Source: Elusimicrobiota bacterium | GTDB taxonomy: Bacteria > Elusimicrobiota > Elusimicrobia > FEN-1173 | NCBI GenBank assembly: GCA_016722575.1 | Contig: JADKIY010000002.1 | Location: 136,734 to 200,733 of the forward strand | Direction: 5' to 3' | DNA length: 64,000 nt | Part shown: piece after piece, positions 61,201 through 64,000 of the stretch | How the letters are laid out: each line of letters starts with the position of its first letter | Position numbering within the stretch: position 1 is the first letter of the stretch | Translations under genes and position numbers: made by a program | The notes under the pieces: generated by a model | What the model was told of the DNA's origin: nothing | The model's input: the letters and a program-made list of their open reading frames with translations, nothing else | Database searches by the model: none

Positions 61201-64000
61201 TTGGATTTGCTCCTTAACGGATCCCTCCGACTGACCGAAGCGGACGCCCTGGCCCTGGTCACCCGGGGGACCTTCGACCACGCCGGACAATCCCTTTCCC
61301 TGGCCGCCTTGGCTTCCGCCAAGGTCAAGACGAGTCTTAACAACGAGGAACACTTCGCCCAGTTATCCGTCGCCAATCCTCAAAAATCCGTTTCCCTTTC
61401 CTGGCAAGGCGAATTGATGTTGAACGGAGCGCCATTGGCCAAGAGCGCCCTGTCCGCCGCCTTGACCCCCAACGCCTTGGCGGCCCCGCCCGCTGCCGAC
61501 GGTTCCGTGGCCGGCCTTTCCGTCGCGGAGGGCGGCCGCTTAACCATTAACCGAACCCTGGCCCAAACCCAGGACGCCGCCGGGCGGATCACCGGCCAAA
61601 ACACCGAAACCCTCACCCTCTCCCGCACCGACGGCAAAACGACGGCCCGCCGAACCCTGCAAGACACCGCGGGGCAACAATACGACGCCCGGGGCCAGTT
61701 GATCGGCTACGTCCGAACCACCCGGGAGGACGGCAAAGACCCGGTGGTGGAAACTCTCACGGGCGCCGAGTACGACGACAGCGGCCGCCAGACCTCCAGC
61801 GATGTCCGCGTGACGGAGAGTTCCCCCAACGGGCTTCTCTCCCGCAACGTCCACACCGATGTTCTTTCTATTAACGCCGCCGGCCAAGCCGTCCGAAGCC
61901 GCCGCGTGGTCGACTCCGGCGGGCAAATCACCGTCACCCAGGACATGGCCGACACTCTTTTTGACGGTGAAGGTCGGGCGGTTTTTGCCTTGTCCGAATC
62001 CGTCGGCTCGTCCCGGGAATCCTGGGAACGGGCGGGCGGTAACTTCGCGGCCCTGACCGGGGAACGTACCCGCTCGGCCGGTTGGACCACGGCCTTCGAT
62101 GACCGCGGCCAGGCCCTGTCGACCCTTCGGGTTTCAACGCCCAACTTTGGCGGAACCGCCCAGCATTTCGTCATTGAAACAAACCGAAACACCTACGACG
62201 ACGCGGGACGACTGTCTCTCTCCACCACCGACTCGACGGAATTCGGCTACGACCCCAAAACCCGCTCGTCCCTCTACAAATCCGGTCGCGAGGAACGGCG
62301 GGCCCTCGCTTTCACGGCCGGGGGCCAGGCCCTCCGCGAACGGATCACCCGGACGGAGAACGGCCTGACGAGCGTCACCGAGGACGAAGCGGACCGGTTC
62401 TTTGACGCCCAGGGCCGAGTGGTTCAAACCCAAACCGTGTCCACCGACGCCCAGGGCCTTAAATCCCATTCCCTTTGGAAAGCCCTGGCCTTCGACGCCG
62501 ACGGACGGTCTCTGCGGTTCGAGCGAACGACCACCGATGCCGCGGGCCTCAAAACCGTCGAGCGATCCGCCGAGGACGCCGCCTACGACGATCGGGGCCG
62601 ATTGACGAGCCAATCCCTGGACCTGACCGAATGGAACGACCAGGGCACCCAATCCCGCTCCTACCGCAAAACCGAAGATCAATTCGACTACGACGGCTTC
62701 GGCCGTGTATTGAGCCTGCGCCAGACCACCGATAAAACCGACGCCAACGGCGCGGCGTTGCGCGACACCAAAACCCTGGCCTATCGCTACGATCAACAGG
62801 GCCGGGCCGTCAATACGTGGACCGACGGAATCGAAACCGCCGGCGGCCAAACCCGGGATTATCACTACGGCACCGCCGTCCTTGCCTTCGACGCCCAGGG
62901 CCGCAATGCCCGAACGCGAACCACCACCATTCAAGACGGTCTTCGAACCGACCGGTTCTCGACCTCCGACATTTCGTACGACGCCCAGGGCCGCGTAATT
63001 AAGAGCCGCGACCTGGTCCACCAATGGGGCACGGGCCTGGACGCCTACACGAGCGAAGAGACGACGAACAGCCTCTTTGACGACTGGGGACGGGCTGTGG
63101 ACTCCCTTTCCATCGTGACCAACGGGGCGTTGAAAACCGTGTCCCATTCCCACGACTTGGCTTTCGACGCCAACGGGCGGCTCACGCGGCAGACGATCGA
63201 CGTTCACGAGTCCTCCACCCTGCCCGGCATCGAATTGACCGCCGACCGCACCATCACCCAAACGGACATGAATTACGACGCCATCGGCAATCTCGTGGAT
63301 TACACGAAGGTCGTTAAGGAAGGGGAATTGGAAGCGACCAGCCGGCCGGCCCTTCTGGAATACGACAAGAACGGGCGCGCGGTTGTTTCCTTGGAGCGCG
63401 TCACCGACAACCTTGGCCGGGACGAGATCGTCGGCAACGTGGGTTCCCAATACAACGCCCTGGGCCAGCTGATCGGCGGTCAGTCCATCACGGTCAAAGG
63501 CAACCCGGAGGCGTTGAACACCAAACAGCTTTCGGGGTTGGTCGCGGCGATTTTGGACGGGGATATGCAAACGGCCAAGGGACAAGCCCTTGTGAAATCC
63601 CTGGGCCTGGAGGGCCTGTCGGCCAACCGCACCGTTTCCCCCAACCGGTACGACGCCCAGGGGCGGTTGGTTTACACCGACACGGTGATGGACAAAGCCG
63701 GCTGGGCCCTGGCGGACGTGGCGAAAACCGAAGTCCTTTTCGATCAAACCATCTCCCGCGGCGACGCTTGGTGGTATGACGCGCAATTGAATGAGCGGTC
63801 CAAAGCCCTGGAGGCCCAGGGGTTCAAAATCACGGATAAAACTTTCCGGACCGAAGGAAACACCAGCGATCATCGCTACTGCTACGCCGCCCTCACTTAC
63901 ACCCGGCAAGTGAAGACTTACAAAGACACCCACGAGCGCTCCACCACCGCCGTGACGGCCTTTGACGCCTTAAACCGCCCCATCGCCCAAACCATCGCCA
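55288..64000 (+). CDS. Giant secreted YD/RHS-repeat protein (>=2,904 aa, runs off window) with central Ala/Gln-rich coiled-coil segment
   Basis: Single open frame from the ATG at 55288 to the window end (not in the track because it is partial). Signal peptide 'MATAKPLLIRPLFLLARRLRRVGFVCGRLAFPALRLSTAGAFLFVTLATPFSQA'. Dozens of 'YDxxGRLtxxxExxtD' YD repeats, reflected in the recurring nucleotide motif 'tacgacgcccagggccg'. The ~60200..61400 region reads 'AAQAEYDQSLAALAEIADAAEAQASLQKN...LQTANAALAVSQSALDAAQSAAQSAQSELQN' (coiled coil). Confidence 0.85.
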   Translation, partial: MATAKPLLIRPLFLLARRLRRVGFVCGRLAFPALRLSTAGAFLFVTLATPFSQARAQSRASFSSRQYDEFSTSREDGDYFSPDRLRQRLHTLDTMVEGLNNRFARLQGRSLDRGASENLTPQVFQAALERFQAAAQFSSEIEMKRAQFSQTLASAGGFQFRSYPDGRRMWFKNGRVHRIENEKITDGQGRVGHQDVVDMAYDKRGNLLSSKTILRDADGHLTTKNWVGTYADGPNGKSVLASFAETTWDPLGNETKIERTGLTYGDGGKNAISYQETTTDKYGQTARRTVTGSSYDGDGNLLSFHEESEENGVALSKDWSGAVYQKYQRDGKDAWRLTSYSETTTDAQGRQSRREWGGATYDENNSLKTYTQKDTDSSGESRVLTWGGARYDARGNVTEFTETRTGPEGESRRTWRGGQYDAHSRLTDFEELNVDAQGVSTSRRWSGAEYNAKGDLLRYRETDVDGHGLESVRTWTAGSYNDGRLTAYSETTVDDRGHAALRQWNGLYGADRRLGSFSEESTDALGNVTRRGQEGLTYDSLGRAQAYDEWSEDAFGQRTASRWTAAGYDLKDRLTGYQLIETLPSGRTMTTARSAMTYDSAGRLAQYDDALTAQGGNSPDATGRQTVRVLSFDAFGQATLTQTTSTNALGEATERTHQAEYDGRGRLASTADTLRSADGAPDVARWSVDAFDEYDRATATREITGAGESEKTKVWSGRFDSKGLATESTETTTDARGLSITTRLSDAVHNAQGRLTDSLQVTQRSDMPGVTIETRTTERTYDRAGAVTGGREVTRTTGEWNGQPLDVTTVRRTEEAVLADGFVTGYRQTVLTTGVSDGRSLHTQDETRVALGAKGDRTETTHRLAFGKDEILETDAYSTLRRTNLLADLAGRALSYTEERSEDFSPLAKTTTRRENRYSAAGVLTGFTEDSVDGLGLRSHSETIGLVENAAGQQIASRERITHPGQTVVVDEIAKSEIVYSPLGQLASYREQTLSTGPGLSNAADARKTLSYDGAGRVAVSSETGTRNGAAYTTNTFNAAFDLKGRPVHSVEESTGPGGPSDIERSAVAFDDFGRRVSYHEEGVAGGSMVHQTVATEYDALGREAATETTGFRESGAFRERSETTGINDLGQSTGRRVTGHSAAEGDYAYSQTGQVYGLAGDLISFDKERTDVDGITRSHWASKGADARGRSLGYTETGSVAKDGQPLYEFTTEQTAGAYTLQNQAASYDAVTTKRFSNGPVETAATHWTDGAYDAQGRLTGFKETQTTTLTDNGQTKTSTTSRLRESATYYDDNGPGHLKGQLASTVEVLLDDLSPEKARRVRTAGMTYDAEGRLIGAESTTGEVNRLKDALRRLGDLLGGGAKAGGNILTGLRQLLENTADLTSDVVAWAKDNLVSPTQVFLEGLGAWLADVAGGKGAANPALDREAVSELVYRIHEKAGGANLEEIPAGFQSAAAALGTFDQTLTVTRAVDKVFDPQGRATAWREIALSASAPDRPAVTDVRVTYKDNSRLLSTYAARTVEGEKVTQLFRDHYAYDALNRGLYREATFEGEDLAVLSVEKGNVSTTGAQWGSLKGEARSLLLSDILEGSTEIIGKVDFKRIDDATFDAAGNMLDIFGTRTTRGIVLSDFAQGQAIPSDYGAMVESALKAAQAEYDQSLAALAEIADAAEAQASLQKNAVARDQGAVQDADDLLKAAIAAKEDALARLAQAGKRKSELEAAVAQFVSDRKEIDRQSITPRTPIAPIVSPEYVKDGKTYVDVTTTQWYQVLKFDDAGNLVKTFVQRLTTDRNLVGGHGGGPVDRTVTESEADPGSLFGFSSGNRGTEILLKADDGHGAWADKLPQGDAPSFQIDGKRLFSLSPSAVAALTRLADLHRSLAATVAETDQSTTNFNAAVIAVNTAAADLQTANAALAVSQSALDAAQSAAQSAQSELQNIKVQGLSGLENKKIAIAGEFAANAAALAKTLSGLDLLLNGSLRLTEADALALVTRGTFDHAGQSLSLAALASAKVKTSLNNEEHFAQLSVANPQKSVSLSWQGELMLNGAPLAKSALSAALTPNALAAPPAADGSVAGLSVAEGGRLTINRTLAQTQDAAGRITGQNTETLTLSRTDGKTTARRTLQDTAGQQYDARGQLIGYVRTTREDGKDPVVETLTGAEYDDSGRQTSSDVRVTESSPNGLLSRNVHTDVLSINAAGQAVRSRRVVDSGGQITVTQDMADTLFDGEGRAVFALSESVGSSRESWERAGGNFAALTGERTRSAGWTTAFDDRGQALSTLRVSTPNFGGTAQHFVIETNRNTYDDAGRLSLSTTDSTEFGYDPKTRSSLYKSGREERRALAFTAGGQALRERITRTENGLTSVTEDEADRFFDAQGRVVQTQTVSTDAQGLKSHSLWKALAFDADGRSLRFERTTTDAAGLKTVERSAEDAAYDDRGRLTSQSLDLTEWNDQGTQSRSYRKTEDQFDYDGFGRVLSLRQTTDKTDANGAALRDTKTLAYRYDQQGRAVNTWTDGIETAGGQTRDYHYGTAVLAFDAQGRNARTRTTTIQDGLRTDRFSTSDISYDAQGRVIKSRDLVHQWGTGLDAYTSEETTNSLFDDWGRAVDSLSIVTNGALKTVSHSHDLAFDANGRLTRQTIDVHESSTLPGIELTADRTITQTDMNYDAIGNLVDYTKVVKEGELEATSRPALLEYDKNGRAVVSLERVTDNLGRDEIVGNVGSQYNALGQLIGGQSITVKGNPEALNTKQLSGLVAAILDGDMQTAKGQALVKSLGLEGLSANRTVSPNRYDAQGRLVYTDTVMDKAGWALADVAKTEVLFDQTISRGDAWWYDAQLNERSKALEAQGFKITDKTFRTEGNTSDHRYCYAALTYTRQVKTYKDTHERSTTAVTAFDALNRPIAQTIA

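Noticed and set aside
55288-64000. Recurring ~17-nt nucleotide motif 'tacgacgcccagggccg' and other periodic repeats, checked for CRISPR-like structure
   Set aside because: The repeats are in frame inside one continuous ORF and encode the YDAQGR core of YD repeats. The spacing is irregular and there is no repeat-spacer architecture.

Overview
The window is high-GC (~65-68% G+C) bacterial chromosomal DNA from a diderm organism, shown by LpxL-family, MltA, RND, PorV-like and lipoprotein genes. It is densely packed with about 55 protein genes, mostly on the minus strand, and 3 tRNAs. The six-frame track is dominated by spurious GC-rich antisense ORFs. Genes were called by recognisable protein families, and many starts were refined from a recurring 4-nt stop/start overlap (ATGA/GTGA/TTGA).

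Gene content, in order:
- an ilv (acetolactate synthase) gene in which the small subunit is fused in frame upstream of the large subunit, preceded by a candidate Val/Leu-rich leader-peptide attenuator;
- a secreted ankyrin protein;
- a rarA-fcl-crcB-zapAB cluster;
- a MurNAc/peptidoglycan-recycling locus (MurQ, NamZ-like DUF1343, MurT-like SSF symporter, NagZ, BadF-type kinase, MltA);
- pheST, rpmI-rplT-infC, apt, a sigma-70 factor, and tRNA-Arg(CCT), tRNA-Pro(CGG), tRNA-Pro(GGG);
- lipid and envelope genes (LpxL-like, GT28, gpsA-plsY-der-pgsA-hflX-miaA, mtgA, cls);
- an ABC-2 exporter, an HD-GYP protein, and GH94 and GH35 glycosidases.

The accessory part is the region from 42.7 kb to the end. 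It holds a three-copy family of ~90-140-nt palindromic elements, and a low-GC (~50%) islet with a frameshifted phage tail-collar fiber-like secreted protein, a CsgG-fold lipoprotein and ~520 nt of AT-rich non-coding DNA. It also holds an orphan 1,185-aa RND pump. A tightly coupled module follows: a secreted protein carrying a T9SS/FlgD-Ig-like C-terminal sorting domain, a PorV/UPF0164-like beta-barrel and a TPR protein. Directly after it, behind a near-consensus sigma70 promoter, is a giant secreted YD/RHS-repeat protein of at least 2,904 aa that runs off the window.
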